A stretch of DNA of 64,000 nucleotides from Monocercomonoides exilis PA203 (GCA_001643675.2 LSRY02000038.1:496001-560000), one strand, 5' to 3'; positions 1 to 14,008 are shown, numbered from the stretch's first letter. The notes: a model not told the origin generated them from the sequence alone. Program-made: numbers and translations.

Positions 1-1116
1 TTTTTTTTCTTCTGTCAATATCCCTTTCCATCAATTTGAACTCACGTAATTTTATTTTCGAATTAAGATATCATTTAATTTTCATTCAACAAATGGAATC
101 ATTTTTTTTTTTATATCATGATAAGGGTGATAATTTTTGATGTCATATTTTTTCTTTCTAAATTTTCTGTTTGAAAAATTTTCTTCAATACGACTTTTGA
201 ACACAGAAAAATGAGAAGACCTATTAAAAATATCAACATGTTTATTTAAGCTATATCATTCGAATAAAAAACAATAATTATAATTTTTGCATATGTATTC
301 AAAATTTGTGTCAATGATAAACAACGTTTGAAAAATGAACATCCCGAAAAAAAAAAAAAATGATTTAAATTTTTATCACCCACAGATTTTGTAATTTTTA
401 TTTGGGTGATTTCAAAGAATAATTTTTCATCAATCAAATAATAATATAGGTTAAAAAAATGAGCTTTGAACATTTTCAAGTTTTGTGCTGAATACAAAAA
501 AAAGCTGTTTTCAGTCAACATTTTCAAAAAATCTTCTTTGGTATTGGTTTTTCAGTTATATTGCTATTTTTATAAAATATTTCTTTTCCATTTTAGTATT
601 CATTTTTTTATTCTTATTTAAACCATAAATCTTCTGAGAAAAATAAAAAGTCTTTCAGAGAAACCAAAAAAATGAACTGCTCTTTTGATGAAGTTAGTTC
701 AGAAATTTTCTGATAAACAATAATAAAATATCTCAATAAGGAAATGTTGAACTTATGAAAGATTGGATTATTATTTGGGTGATTATTTTTGGCATCAGAT
801 TTTTTCATTCAAAAATTTCGATTCGAAAATCTCACTTGAATATTAACAAAAGAATTGTGAAAAGTGAAAATGCTTGTTTAAGATATTTTCATCTTTTGTT
901 CTGTTGAAACATTTGTTTTTGAAATGGCTTTGATGAAATTTTTCATAAAAATTCGAAAACACTTCACAATGACAAACAACATGTGAAAATTCTTTATACC
1001 GAAAAAAGTTATGATTTCGAATATATTCACACATTTCTCTAGCAAAATTGTTCGAAGTGTATTTTTCAAAATATTATGTGAATAAATTGAATGTTTGATT
1101 GAATCACTTATGAATT

Positions 1117-1157
<41 letters not shown>

Positions 1158-1887
1158 TAAATTTTAATTTTCATGAAAAACAAAAAATCTTTCATGTATA
1201 AATGATTCCAATATTTTTCCTGAAAACTGTGTTTTACAACTTGTGAGGTTAAAAAATGGTTTGCACAATTATTCAACAACAAAAATATATATCAGAAGAA
1301 TTTTTTGTGAAAATTAAAAACAAGATTGCGCAATCAATATATATTGATCCAATTCAAAAATGACATTTCAAAGATATTAACTCCGACTATTTGAACAATT
1401 TTTTTTTTAACAATTCTTTATTTTCTCTTTCATGAAAACGAAAGTTAAAAGGCAATTTTTTATCAATTAAAAACATAAGCGATTATTCTCTCCACTTTGT
1501 ACATTACCCATGTTGAATTAAACAATATCTTAATGTGAGATGGACCTCCAGGAGAGATATTTTCGAGTATGATTTCTCATTCCAGTTCTGAATTTTCCCA
1601 ACAGATTCCTGGAGCTTCAGAAGCAAAAGAAAGCCATGGCGAGGACAGTTTGCTGTTAGAAAAAAGCTTTTAAACAATATTTCTCTGAGATCCGGATTGC
1701 AGCTTATATGATATGGACTTACCAGAAAGATATTTAGAATATCTTAATATTGATTTGAAGGAAGATGATTCAAGTTCATTTCTGACAAAGGCTCCTCATT
1801 CAGCTTCGAGAATTGAAAATTGGATGAACTGTGTATTAGATAAAGCAGTGCGAGCACATTGAAGCATTTCTGTATCCAACCAAAAAA

Positions 1888-2319
1888 ATGCTGCTTTTCA
1901 CACACGCGAAATTGAAAGAAAAAGATGACGAAAAAGGATCAATTGCAGATGCAATTTTATTTGCTTCAAAAGCGCTGAAGGAAGCAAGATCTGTAAGAAT
2001 TCAAGGAATATTCGGCTTTATGGCAGCTGCACAGATGAAGGAGAGCGCAGCTTCCAGTCTTCTTACTCAAAGGCAATCAGAAGTTCTTGATGAATGGAGA
2101 AAAACAGAAAAGAGTCAACAATTCAAGCTGCAAACAACGAGTTGGCCAATGAGAAGAAGTTCCATAAGAGCCAGAACAATTCCAATTATAAGATTAACAA
2201 GCCCCAGTTATTTTCAAGCAGCTTCAGGGTTTTCAGGACAACAAAACCAAAGCAGGCTTCTGCCAAGAGCTTCGGGTTTCGCTTCAAGAAGACAATCAGG
2301 GAAGCGAAAATTCCAATAG
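1888..2319 (+). pseudogene. DIRS gag-like ORF fragment
   Basis: ADAILFASKALKEARSVRIQGIFGFMAAAQMKESAASSLLTQRQ aligns with SDALILTVKAFQEARNTRIQGRFGFKAAEKMRAEAAAGLLTSRQ in 47257..47982. Confidence 0.75.
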
Positions 2320-2367
2320 AAGAAACGAACATCAATCAACAGCCCACTAAAGTCCGAAAAGAGGCAA

Positions 2368-4260
2368 TGGTTGGAGGAAGAACTTGTTTTTTTCGAGAAG
2401 AATGGAAAAAAATTGAAGGAGCACGAATTATTGTGAAAGGAGTCATTCCTGTATGGAGGAGTTAAGCCGCGAAGAAATCACTCAAAAAAACTGAAGAATT
2501 CAACACTTTGTTGTTCTAAAGAAAAGAAGCCCATTAAACCTTTTCAGAGATGATCAAGAAGCAACTGAAAACAAATATTGTCAAGCCGATTCAGAAAAAG
2601 GATGTGAAGCATTCGAATCCAGTGTTTGTAATCTAAAAGAAAGACGGTGGCTGGAGGCAAATCGTGGATTGCCGAAGACTCAACAATGCAATCAAGACAA
2701 TTTGTTACAAGCAAGAAGACCACAGAACAGTGGAGAATATTGTTCAAGAAAAGGATTACACAGCCATCCTGGACTTGAGCCAAGCTTATTACCTAATAAA
2801 AGTCTGCGAAGAATTATCGCCATTTTTTTCGTTCGTTTTCAAAGGAAAATACTACGCTTTCCACGGAATGCCTTTCGGATACAAAGATGCACCTCGAACG
2901 TTCACAAAAGTGATTAGAAAAGTTCTGAAATAAATGAGGGAGGAATGGAATGTGAAAACTGTTGCACACCTGGACGATATTGTTCTTCTTCATCAAGATC
3001 CACAAGAACTCAATATTATAGTGAAGAAAACCCTTTCGTTTTTCAACAAATTGGGACAATTGGTCAATTCAGAAATATGTCATTTTATTCCAAGTCAGCG
3101 GTTCAAATTTTTGGGCTTCCAATGGGATATAAATCAGTTTGTGGTACAGATAGAGGAATCGAAGAAAACCGAGTTGATGAAAGAGTGCCAGAAATGGAGG
3201 AGGATTGCCCAGTACGACAGAATTGTTTCGATAAAAAAGTTTATCTCGATGATAGGAAAACTTAATGCAACCAGATTCGTGTGTCAAGATATCTCCCTGA
3301 ATTTGTCACAACTGAATAAACTCCTAAACAAAGCTCAGAGTTTGGATGGATTGCAAAAAAAAGTGATCATGAATGCATCGATAACAATTTGCATCATGAA
3401 GAGGAGCGAAAGGTTCAAAGAGAACCAACCAAGGAGATTGAATCCAGTGTTTCGACCAGAAGTAATTTTGACGGCAGATGCATCGGAGTTTGCCATAGGC
3501 GCAACACAAAAAGTTAACAATCAAATGCTGGACTTTCACAAGCCTCTTCTCCCTTTAATCAGAAACCAAAGTTCAAATTGCAGAGAGCTATTTGCGATAA
3601 ATCAAGCCATCGCATATTTCTCAAATTCCATTCGAAATCAAGAAATTAGAAATCTGCTTTTTCGATCAGACAACACAACAGCAGTTTCCAATCTGAATCG
3701 ATGTGGAGCGTGTCCGAATCTCAGAAACCTTCTGAAGAAAATATGGACTCATTCCCAAGCTCTGAAAGTTGTTGTGAAAGCTCAACATATTATTGGAGAA
3801 AGAAACGGAAGACCAGACGGGATATCAAGATTGGCAAAAGGAGGAGATCACGAAGTCGAACAAGAAGCACTCGAAGAGATCACCAATCAGCTTCAGATGT
3901 ATATCACCTTCTGTGCCTGAACAACAATAGAAAACGCTCAATCAATGAGATGAAGCAGACAAGGAAGCAATCTAAGTCAAGACGGGTAACAAATTTCTTG
4001 GAGAAACGAAACAGTTCTTGCACATCCACCAGTTCCTTTGATTCCAGCAGTGATCCGAAAAGCAGCGATGGAGAAAGCTCGAGTTCTTCTTCTTCTTCCC
4101 GATTGGAAGTGTCAGATATCGGAACGGATCCCGAACAACACAAATCACATTTCCTTGACATAGAGGAGATCGGTGGTGATTACCAAGGAACGAATATGGA
4201 TGAAGTTAATGAATGAAACTCTTCCTCCAGGGAGATTGAAAATATGCCAAATTTAACCAT
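2368..4260 (+). pseudogene. DIRS reverse transcriptase / RNase H / methyltransferase-like domain (disrupted)
   Basis: RT motifs DCRRLN, LDLSQAYY, GMPFG and VAHLDD (YLDD variant). RNase H motifs ADASEFAIGA, SSNCRELFA, SDNTTAV. MT-like VLAHPPVPLI...LPDW near 4015-4105. Stop at 2931-2933 plus frameshifts. Confidence 0.9.
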
Positions 4261-5230
4261 ATCAAAAAGGTGCATTTGTGGTGGAACGAAATTTTGTCCT
4301 CAAGACACATTTGACATGAACTGATCGAAAAGTGCAAAAACAGCGTCGCAAGTGCAACATGGATGATGCGCATTAATATGTTTGCACATTTCAAAGACTT
4401 GTGGGATCGAGTGAAAATTCAAAGGCATCCCTTCAAAATTTCAGATTTGGCAAAAAAAAATGCCAGGACGTGTTTGTCGCCTCGAAAAACAACGAAATGA
4501 AAGCTTCATCATTGAGAATTTTCAGATCTGTCATTTCCTTCCTGACATCAGCATTATGCAGAAAATCACTTGGGTAGAACACCTTGATTTCAATCCTGTT
4601 TAGATCATTAAGGAGATCGGAATGCAGAAAGAAAAAGAGACAAGATGACATGTGGAATCCGCAACAACTCTTAACGTATATAAAAACAATTGGAAAGAAC
4701 GAAAATTTGTCATTCTCTCAGCCAATAAAGAAAACAATTGTTTGTGCATGAAGTTTTCAGCATGCCGCCACACAGAATTGGAAAGAATCAATCTCAAGGA
4801 ATCAGAAATAGAAACAATCAATTAACCTAAATACTTCACTGAAAACTGGACTTGAAAGAAGCAACATTGTTATCCCATTTCTCAGAAAGGAAAGTTTGAT
4901 ATGTCCAGCAACAGCCGTTAAAGATCAATGGGATCGAGTAAAAATTCACAATCCAACTTCCAATGAACTATTTCTGAGCTCTTTTCAAAATATAATCCAA
5001 CGAAGGTCAGAGCAATTCGAAAAGCATCCAGCGAAATGATGAAAGGTGCAAGAATCCCTTTGAACTACAGCCCATACACCTTGAAACACTCCTCGATATC
5101 AGTCTTTACAATGGCGGGAACTCCAGTTGAACCGGTGGCTTAATTCTCAAGATAATCTTCGAGACATAACACAGTGATAAAACATTATTTCAAATCTTAT
5201 ATAAGAAACAAAATAGCTTAGATAACTTCA
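4260..5230 (+). pseudogene. DIRS tyrosine recombinase (disrupted)
   Basis: Translated pieces ACRHTELERI, ICPATAVK, SPYTLKHSSIS and IKHYFKS are colinear with the recombinase at 39935-40723. Confidence 0.8.
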
Positions 5231-6649
5231 AGGAAGAAAAAGAAGAATAAATCAATTCAACAGTTTTCCAATGTTCCTTCATCCACAATTTCACAAGATC
5301 AAAAAAATTCCATTTTTCCCATCAGAAAGTTAGCGCATTAGCCAGAATTCCAGGAAACAGGAAAAGTAAACGAAAATATTTCGCGACCAGTCCATGTCGA
5401 AGGGCCATTTGATATTAATTTTTTATTCATGATAAAATAACAAGAAAACACCAATAACAATCAAAACCAGAAAAACGAAAATGAAATCATTGAAAAAAAA
5501 ACCACATCCAGCTTATAATCCGAACAAAAGAATGGAGAAAGAAAGAATAAAGGGAAAGCTTCAGAAAAAATATTCACATATTATACTTTTTTTATTAAAA
5601 TAATATTATTTCAAAATCGAAAAAAGTTGTTCAACATGTTTTCAGAAACACATATTTTTTTGTATTTGTGGATAATTTTTTTTTCTGTTTTTGTGATTTT
5701 AACAATCCCACTTTCTTTGATCAAATATAGACTCCTTCTTAAGTGTTAATTTGTTATCCATAGACAGTTTCCAAAATGGTGGACACTTTCAATTACTGTA
5801 ACAGTTTCATTTTCTCAACAACTGTCCCAAATAATATTTCGATAATAAACACACTTATTCAAACCATGAATTTGAACTTTTCGAAATAAGAATTTTAATC
5901 CTTCGAAATTAATGAAATACAAAAATATTTGTTTTTTCTTTTCGTTGATAATTATTATTATTGTTATTTTTTTTTTTTTCTTTTATTATGGAACACATAT
6001 TTTCATCACTGTATGTCACAAAAGTTTGAAAACATAGAGCTAACAATTCGGTTAATTTAAGAAATACAACTATTGACAGTTGTTGTGATTATGTGATCGT
6101 CCACAGTTACAGAAAGAATGCACCATTTTTTCTAAAATTATATTATGTTATTCTTTATGAAAAGTTGAAATGATAAATTTTCAAATGAAATTAGAATATC
6201 AAATTTTGCTCAAATTTTTGTTCCAACTCAGCTTGCTTCTCTGAAATGTTTATAATAGCTTTTTCGAAAAATTGCTTCTATTTTTGGGAAGTTTCTTGAA
6301 TGAAAACAGAAAATAGTTAAAAAAAAATTTTTTTTATTTCATTCGAAAACGTCACACGAGCAGCTCTTATTAATAGACGAATCAATTTATTGTTTAGAAA
6401 TTAACAAATTGGTTAATAAGTTCAACTTTATCTTTTTGTTCACCATGATTTCTTTTAATATCAAATATTGTTATGTGAAAAAAAATAAAACATCTCAGCT
6501 TTCAATTAATCATAAAAAATTTTTTAATTATTTGCAATATATTTTATTAATAAAGAATTGTTTAAACCACTTTGGAAAATGAAATTTATTTTAATATTTA
6601 AAAATTTTTATCCAAAACTGTTTGGAGGAAGATTTTTTCTGAAAAGGCT

Positions 6650-7300
6650 CTAAGTGCTTTCTATTCTTTGTGTGTGAGCCTTTGCAATAGGATCCACAAA
6701 TCTCTTTTTGTGATTGACAGAAAAATGCGCATATCCAGCTCCATTTAAATTATTATATCCCCTCCAACAATCGGTATTTATTTTTGTTTTTTCCTTCACA
6801 TAACTTTTGATTGTTTGATGCAGTATTTCTCTTGATCTTTTCAAAACAGGAATTAAAAACAGATTGGATTTTTGACCCTTTTTTTTCGGACGTTCGATTC
6901 CTCCAATGATCCAATTTTGCCTTTTTGTTCTTCCTCTATTGTATTTTCTTTTAGGAAATATTGCTTCGTCTATTTCAACTTCAGTTCCTTTTCCTCCAAT
7001 GACTCGAGGATTTTCCATAGAATATTTTAATATGCATTTCCGAAAAGAATCATCAACGTGAATCATAGAAGCGCTTCATTTGCCACATGTGAAACTGAAA
7101 TGAGTTTGAGAAATCACATCCCAAAAACAAAGAGTCATAAAACATATGTCACTAATTTAATTTCAGAATCTTTCAAAATTTGGGTTTTTTTGAAATTTTA
7201 ACTTTTCCATGCTTGCAACGAAAGCGGCTGGTTTCATTTTCATGTGCGAAATTTTTCGTTTTCTTTTGAAACCCCCAACATAATCGATCTTGTTCAGTTT
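6650..7300 (-). pseudogene. Merlin / IS1595 (ISXO2-like) DDE transposase remnant
   Basis: Characteristic motifs VEIDEA..KRKYNRGR, WIIGGIER, TDCWRGY and VNHKKRFVDP..AHTQRIES in ORF 6650..7066. The upstream part is frameshifted. Confidence 0.9.
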
Positions 7301-8579
7301 TTTTTTGAAAATTATTCTCCAACGAATCTTATTTTATTCTCGATTTGAATGCTTGTTCCAGTTTATTTTTTCAAATTTCAATTTTTTTTTTACTAACTAA
7401 AAGCAAAAATAAAGACCCATTAACTTTTTTTTTATCAAATATTTAAAAAAAAATCGTTTTTTTTTTTATTCCACTTTCAAATGTTTCTGTTTCCTTAAGC
7501 ATTATAATTGATGCTTCGTAACAAAGAACAAACAATGAACATTTGAAATTAATGATTTCAGTTAAGGTGTATCCATGCCAATGTTTCAAGAAAGAAAAAG
7601 AATATTCATTTTGTATTCTCTTCAGAAAAAAAAAAAAAAATAAGACAAAAGTTCAGTTAATTTTGTGCAGACATAAAAAAAGAAGGAAATAAGTTGAATC
7701 ATTTTTGCTTCAATTTTCAAAAGATAAAAGTTGATTTTACTCCATGGTTTAAACTATTTTTCTCTCAGATTAAATTAGAATTTTCCACTATTAACTGAAC
7801 AATTAATAAGAATTTTCATGATGGAGTTAATCAATAATAACGAATTTTTTTTTCAAGTTATTTTTATGTCTGCGCACAAGTGTTTCATTAGGAAGAATTA
7901 TTTTGTTTTTTTAAAAAAATCAAAAAATGATAAGAATTGTTTTTCATGAGCGGATATAAAAAAATTTTTATTTCTAGAAAGATAAATTGTATTTAAAAAA
8001 ATTAATTTAAAAATTATTCAAAAAAGCTTTTTGAAAATATTTTTTTGAAAAATTTTTATATTATAACTTTTCATTTCATTTCGCACAAACAACGAATAGA
8101 AGATAATATTTATTTCGCTAAAATTGTATTTTCAATTTTTTATTTTTTCGATGTTTATCAAAAGAAGTTGATTTTCGAATAAAAGTTGCCTATTATTAAA
8201 GATTTTATTATATTTCGGAATTTTTTCGAAAAGTTCCTTTTGTCAAATTGTCATGTGATAAAGATAATTGAATATTTTAATCAAAATTTCATTCCAGCTC
8301 ACAATATTTTGCAAGAAGGGAAGAAAATTATTGACAACGAAATAATATCTATTTTAGTGAAGTTTAGTGAATGAAAATAGTAATTTGATATAAAAATGAT
8401 ATTTATATTTTTTTAGAAAATTAAACAAATGGAACCTTAAAAAATAAATTCAGACATATTTTTATTTATTTTTTTTATTTTTTTAAATTTTAAAAAGAGA
8501 TTGAAAAAAGTGGAATTTTTTGTAAATTATTCACAATAATTATGAAATGCATATTAGTAAAAAAATTCGAAATAAATCC

Positions 8580-8622
<43 letters not shown>

Positions 8623-9030
8623 TTTTTTTTTTAAGAGAGAAACAATGAAAATGGAGCAAAACATAATACTTTTTGTATTTTCAATAAATAATTAATCACA
8701 TTTTTTGTTGAATTTTTAATAATAATCATCAATAAAATGAGTTCTTTTTTAGAGATACATGTGAGGTCACAAAACATTTTGTAATGATATAATTAATTCC
8801 TGTTCTCCAATGTGAGAATTCAATTTATTTTCAAATCAGAGAAAGTTTAGTGAATTTTTGATAGATTCAATTTTTCTATGATTCGAAAAATTTAAACTAG
8901 AAAGTACAATTTTTCCAACAATTTTTTTTTAAAAAAAAAACGAATAAAACGAATCAAAACAGTTTGATTACGCACCTTTTTTGAAAAAACCAATTGAAAA
9001 ATACAAATTTTCTGAAGTTAGACGATTCCA

Positions 9031-10219
9031 CTAATCATTCCATTTTTCAGGAATAATTTCTGAAACAATATGATCATTACACTCAATAAACTTTGAAATG
9101 GAACTATGTTTTGAAATTTCTTCTTCCACAACGGCAAAAAAATGCCCTTGCTTATAAAGAACAGTTGAATGAAAAACACATCCAACGAATTCATAAACAG
9201 CAACATCATCAACAGAACTAGAAGTAAATAATGAATCTTCAGATGAAGCTTTTGGATCAAATATTTTTAAATCCTCAGGCCCTAACCCTGAATCAACAAA
9301 ATGAATAGTAAGAGGAGGAGCAATTACAGTTAAAAAAACACCAACGTTGAATAAAACACTTAACACTTTTGGAAAATACAAAAAACGAACATATTTCAAA
9401 AATTGTCTATCTTTGTGACATGATACACACTCTCCTCCTCTCTTCTCTGCTTAAAAATGAATAAGTTGTTAATAAATCTTGAAGATCAGAAACAACATCT
9501 GATCCTCTTATTGTCACAAATAACTGATCATCCCTACTTGAAATGGAGTCATCATTACAATGAACACGCATTAAAACATTTTGTGAAATGATAGAAAACA
9601 TATCGTTTATTTCATTACAATTTTTGGAAAGAACTTTGAGAAGTCTTTCAAAAACAGCAGACAGTTCTTTTGGCTGATTCTTTCCTCCAAGATAAGTGTC
9701 GTAAAATTTATTAATCTGACCTCCATCCCACACATTAAAATTTAACGAAGAGATTCGAAGAAGATGAAACAAATGTCTGAATATTTTCTGTTTACTGTTC
9801 ATTGAAAAAATGTCTATAAATTCAAGATCAAGAGAAGCCATGCATTGACAAACAGCAGAAAGAGAGACCATACAACCATTGTTTTTCAAGCCTCTTTGAG
9901 AAAAAAGAAGCATGATAAGACAGGATCTTGAATTAACTTTCGAAGATAATGAAGAAGAAGAAGATGAAGAAGAATTTTGCTTTTTTGATTGTTTTGTAAT
10001 ATTGGATGAAAAAGTCGAATGTTTTTTGCATTTTTTTGCTTCTTTTTTATTTATGTGAAATGAAGAAGTGGCTTCAAAAGAAATACAAAAATCATTGATA
10101 TAATATGTAAATGAAAAAAAATCATTTTCTTTACTTTTTTGGAAAATGCTTGTGACACTTGAAGTGAATGTTGCAGTCGCTGAAGCAGATAATGGAGCTT
10201 TCGATAATTCGTTGTCCAT
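9031..10219 (-). pseudogene. Ubiquitin-specific protease (USP, peptidase C19)-like domain, split near 9400
   Basis: Cys-box-like GLKNNGCMVSLSAVCQCM, FPKVLSVLFN, His-box YEFVGCVFHS...QGHFFAVV and FIECNDHIV. The canonical catalytic Cys position reads V and the frame is broken between the two ORFs. Confidence 0.75.
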
Positions 10220-10279
10220 ATTCGGCTGTGGAAGAAGAGAAGATGAAGTTTCTGTTAAAAAAGAAAATGTGGAATTTTT

Positions 10280-11296
10280 TTTTTAAGAACTTGCTTTAGA
10301 AAAATTTTCAAATAAAACAAAAATATCATTTTTCGATCAAATTTCTGTTCGAATTCATGTAACTCTTCTGAAATGGAAGTAATAACATTGAAAAGGTACT
10401 GTTTCCATTATTGTTAAGTTACTTGAGTGGGAACAAAAATTTGATTGAAATATGGGATTTTTGTTTATTTAGGTAATAAAACAAAAGAAACTTTTTTAAA
10501 AAACATGAGACATGTGGTATTTGAGAAGGATGAAAAATGAGATAATGGAAGAGAAAAAGAAATTGTAGGATGAGAAGGAATTCATGTTGAAGAAGAAAAG
10601 GAGGAAGAGGAAAATAATGATGAGGAGAATGAATGACTTAAAAACTTTGTTGCAGTTTTTTTTATTGGAGTGATAAGCCTAATATTGGGAAAATGCACTT
10701 GAAATCCTTTATCACCAATTATTACACAACTATCGTGATGCATATCTTCAATTGTGTGTTGTTTTTCTTCATCAGTCATTCCCACAAACTGCACATATCT
10801 GTGAAGACCTCGCCTGAACAATGTTACTTCGTGCTCTCCGCATGGAACAGAATCAGAAACAAATAGGGCTTTGAATAGATGCAAAGAAGAAACAGCTACT
10901 TCTATTTTCATGCAAAAGACGGAATGGTGACCAATACATAATTTTTTTTGCATTTTTCAACTAATCGATTGGAGTTGGTATTTTTATCGTTGTTGCATCG
11001 AAAAGCAATGCAACATATGGAAATTCTTCATTTGCAAAAGATGGTGGGCGAGGAGTATTTTAACACATGCTGCTAAATATATCTTGCAAATAATGCCTCA
11101 CTTCAATTTTGCTGTTGTATTCCATTCATAAAGAAAGTTCAAAGAAAAATGTGATTATTTTAACAGTGGTGTCACTTGATAACCACTCAAGATATTTCAC
11201 TATTTCATCATAAACAGTGATTTTTCTTTTTGACCCTCTTTTCTTATCTAATTGAAGAACAAATGGGGCAAAATATTGAGCTTCAGGCATTTTCAT
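10280..11296 (-). pseudogene. PIF/Harbinger-ISL2EU-like (DDE_Tnp_4) transposase remnant
   Basis: Manual translation gives FPYVALLFDATTIKIPTP (first D), GHHSVFCMK and IIGDKGFQ...LITPIKK (second D), with a possible VLFENF (E) near 10300. Confidence 0.75.
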
Positions 11297-13519
11297 TTAA
11301 AAATTATGTACTTTTCATTGACTTTTTGCGAATAAAAAACTTAATAAAAATGGTTCTGTTTTTTTGACATTCGTGATATGTCACAACACTTTATGTTTTG
11401 ATTTCAACGATGCCTGTTTACAGATATGAAAATCAAAATAAATTTGAAATCTGAGAAAGCGATATAAAGTTATGAGTGGAGCAATTATTTTGTGCTTTGT
11501 GCAAATAAAGCTTGAAAGTCCATATTTTCTCCCAAATGATATTTGAAATAATGATGTTATTTTCTTTAAAAACAGTTCTCTCGAATTTTCATTTGAAATA
11601 GTTTTTGTTGAAAGATAACAAAAGAAAAGTTGTCATTAAAAATAAATCATTTATATTTTCATCAGTTTATTATCTCCAAATATTGAATTACATAATTTAA
11701 AAAAAAAATTATGAAATAATAAGACATAAAATACAAAAACAATTCCTCTGTGACACGACTAAAGAAAATTGAAAAAATGACAAAATGACTGACAATATAT
11801 TTATGATTTGTCAAAAAGTGTAATTTAAATCGATTTTATAATTCTTTATTTCTATAATAATTAAAATGAAAATCCACATGTCGTAATTCTTATTATTTTT
11901 ATAAAAATCATTTTTTTAAATATGATCAAGCTTCCAACATGTATTTTTTTTGAAAGAAAGTGTGAGTTGAGGAATATTTTTGTCACAATTTGTCATAAAC
12001 CATCACTGACAAAAAAGAAAATACAACCAGATATTACAAATACTTTCAACAAATCTTTTTCAAAACTCTTGATTAACTCTTTGGAAGTTATCGCTATCGT
12101 TTGTCTAATTTTGTTTCAATTTTTATTTTTAATTAATCCTTCTTTTTTTGGGGACAGACAAGGCTTCTATTGATTTGTCAGCTCACAGAAACTAAACAAA
12201 AAGAAGTCGTTCATTTCATCTTAAAAAAAAAAAATTACTACAAAAAGTATTTTATTATTTATTATCATTTATATTCCAATTAGAGATCAACAAAATAATT
12301 GGAATATAAATAATAAAGTTAACAAATTTCTTGTTCAAAAATTATTTTTTCTAACTTAATTTTTCATAATTCAAAATAATTAAAGATAAACATACATTTG
12401 ATAAATAACAAAAATCAAAACTTTTATCAAGAATATTTATAAAATGTTATTTAAAACATGATAAAAAACCATCCAAATCAAGAATAGAAAATAAATCTGA
12501 ACAAAATGTTTCCAATTCAAATTTTATTCCTCCAAAAAATTTAAACGTTCCTCTTTAAACAACTCAAATTTCACCTTGAAATTGTTTCAAAATTTATTAT
12601 TTCTTTCAGAATAATAAAATTAATTATTAAACATTTTCATCAAAATTTTGTCTTGTTATTCAATATTTTTCTTATAAGAATATATATCTAGAATTTGAAT
12701 TACATCATTCACAAAAAATTTTTAATTGATTTTAAATTCAATTTTGAGAAGAATGAAAATACAATTAAAATTTATATTATTAAATAACGAATTTATTATT
12801 ATTTGGAATATTGAAAAGAAAGGAATTTCTTAATTATGAAAAATATTTAATTTGTCTCCTAAAAAATGAAACGAATATACAAATAAAAAAACTTGTCGTT
12901 ATTTATACAATAATTATCGTTTTTTAAAATATTGAAAGCAAAAGTTGATAATGTTTTTGGAAAAATTAAAATTTGTGAGTTTGAAACTTTTCAGAATATC
13001 TTATTTAAAAGAAATACATGTGAAGTGGTTTTTGTGGATTTATTTAAAATAGGGTGATTATTTTCAAAAACGATATAATGAAAAAAAAATTATTAGAAAA
13101 AGAAACAACTTCGAATGGTGAAAAATGAAAACATCAATATTTTAACTTTAAACAATAATTTTTTTCATGATTAAAAACGAAAACATTTTGATTATTAACT
13201 AACATAATTGTCCAATTTAATTTATTGATGTATTATTTATCTCCAAAGATGTATTTCCTTTGAAGATAAAACACTCTTAATATATTAATGATTCCAAATA
13301 TTATCACCCATTATAAAATAAAATTGTGAAACAAAGAATAATCATTATTTGACAAATTGTCAACATATTATTATTCATTTTGTTATTGATGCCATTGTCT
13401 TTTGTCATGAAAAATAGGTCTTGCATAAAGGATAATTTGTTTGTGTGTTCATATGGTTATGAGTAAACATCTGCGTCACCTTGAAATAGGTGGGGTCTCG
13501 TCAGTCAGTACCCGTCACT

Positions 13520-13520
<1 letters not shown>

Positions 13521-13570
<50 letters not shown>
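13521..13570. repeat. Poly-T tract (other long homopolymers near 1098-1152, 8581-8615, 13971-14005, 35461-35488)
   Basis: Directly visible in the sequence. Confidence 0.95.
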
Positions 13571-13571
<1 letters not shown>

Positions 13572-13967
13572 ATGAAAACAAACTATTTTTTAAATTATGC
13601 TTGGAAATGGATTAAACACTGTCCAATTATCTAAAATTTGATAAACAAAAATTATATTAAAATTTATAATCAATAAACCTTTATTAATTAATTATTTATT
13701 TGAATTGTATTTTACACTTTGACAGAAGTCATCAATTTATGAATAATCACATCAAGATTATCCTATTTTCTTTAAAATGTTTTTGAAGCTTTATTATCAG
13801 TGTCTTATTTTTATAATTATTCTTTATATAAAATCTTTAAACCTAAGTGATTACACATGTTCAATATGTTTTTTCTACGATAGAAACATTTATCATAATT
13901 TTTGTGATGTTTTTTTGCAATTCTCGTTAGATAATTTTATCCTTTCAATTTCACAATTGTTTTTAAA

Positions 13968-14008
<41 letters not shown>

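Larger units (their letters stand above)
1510..5400 (+). mobile_element. Degenerate DIRS-type (tyrosine recombinase) retrotransposon, copy 1; boundaries approximate
   Basis: Order gag-like, RT, RNase H, methyltransferase-like, tyrosine recombinase, colinear and homologous with the element at 39537-48080. Many stops and frameshifts; termini not recognisable. Confidence 0.9.

Noticed and set aside
5770-6130. Weak inverted repeats here and at ~7660-7880
   Set aside because: Too degenerate and without TSDs to call as elements by eye.
7560-7585. GTATCCATGCC as a possible GGCAT-type end of the Merlin remnant
   Set aside because: Only 5 terminal bases match; no partner end or TSD was found.
13470-13520. 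Hammerhead ribozyme on the minus strand (CTGACGA)
   Set aside because: No GAAA core or consistent three-stem arrangement.
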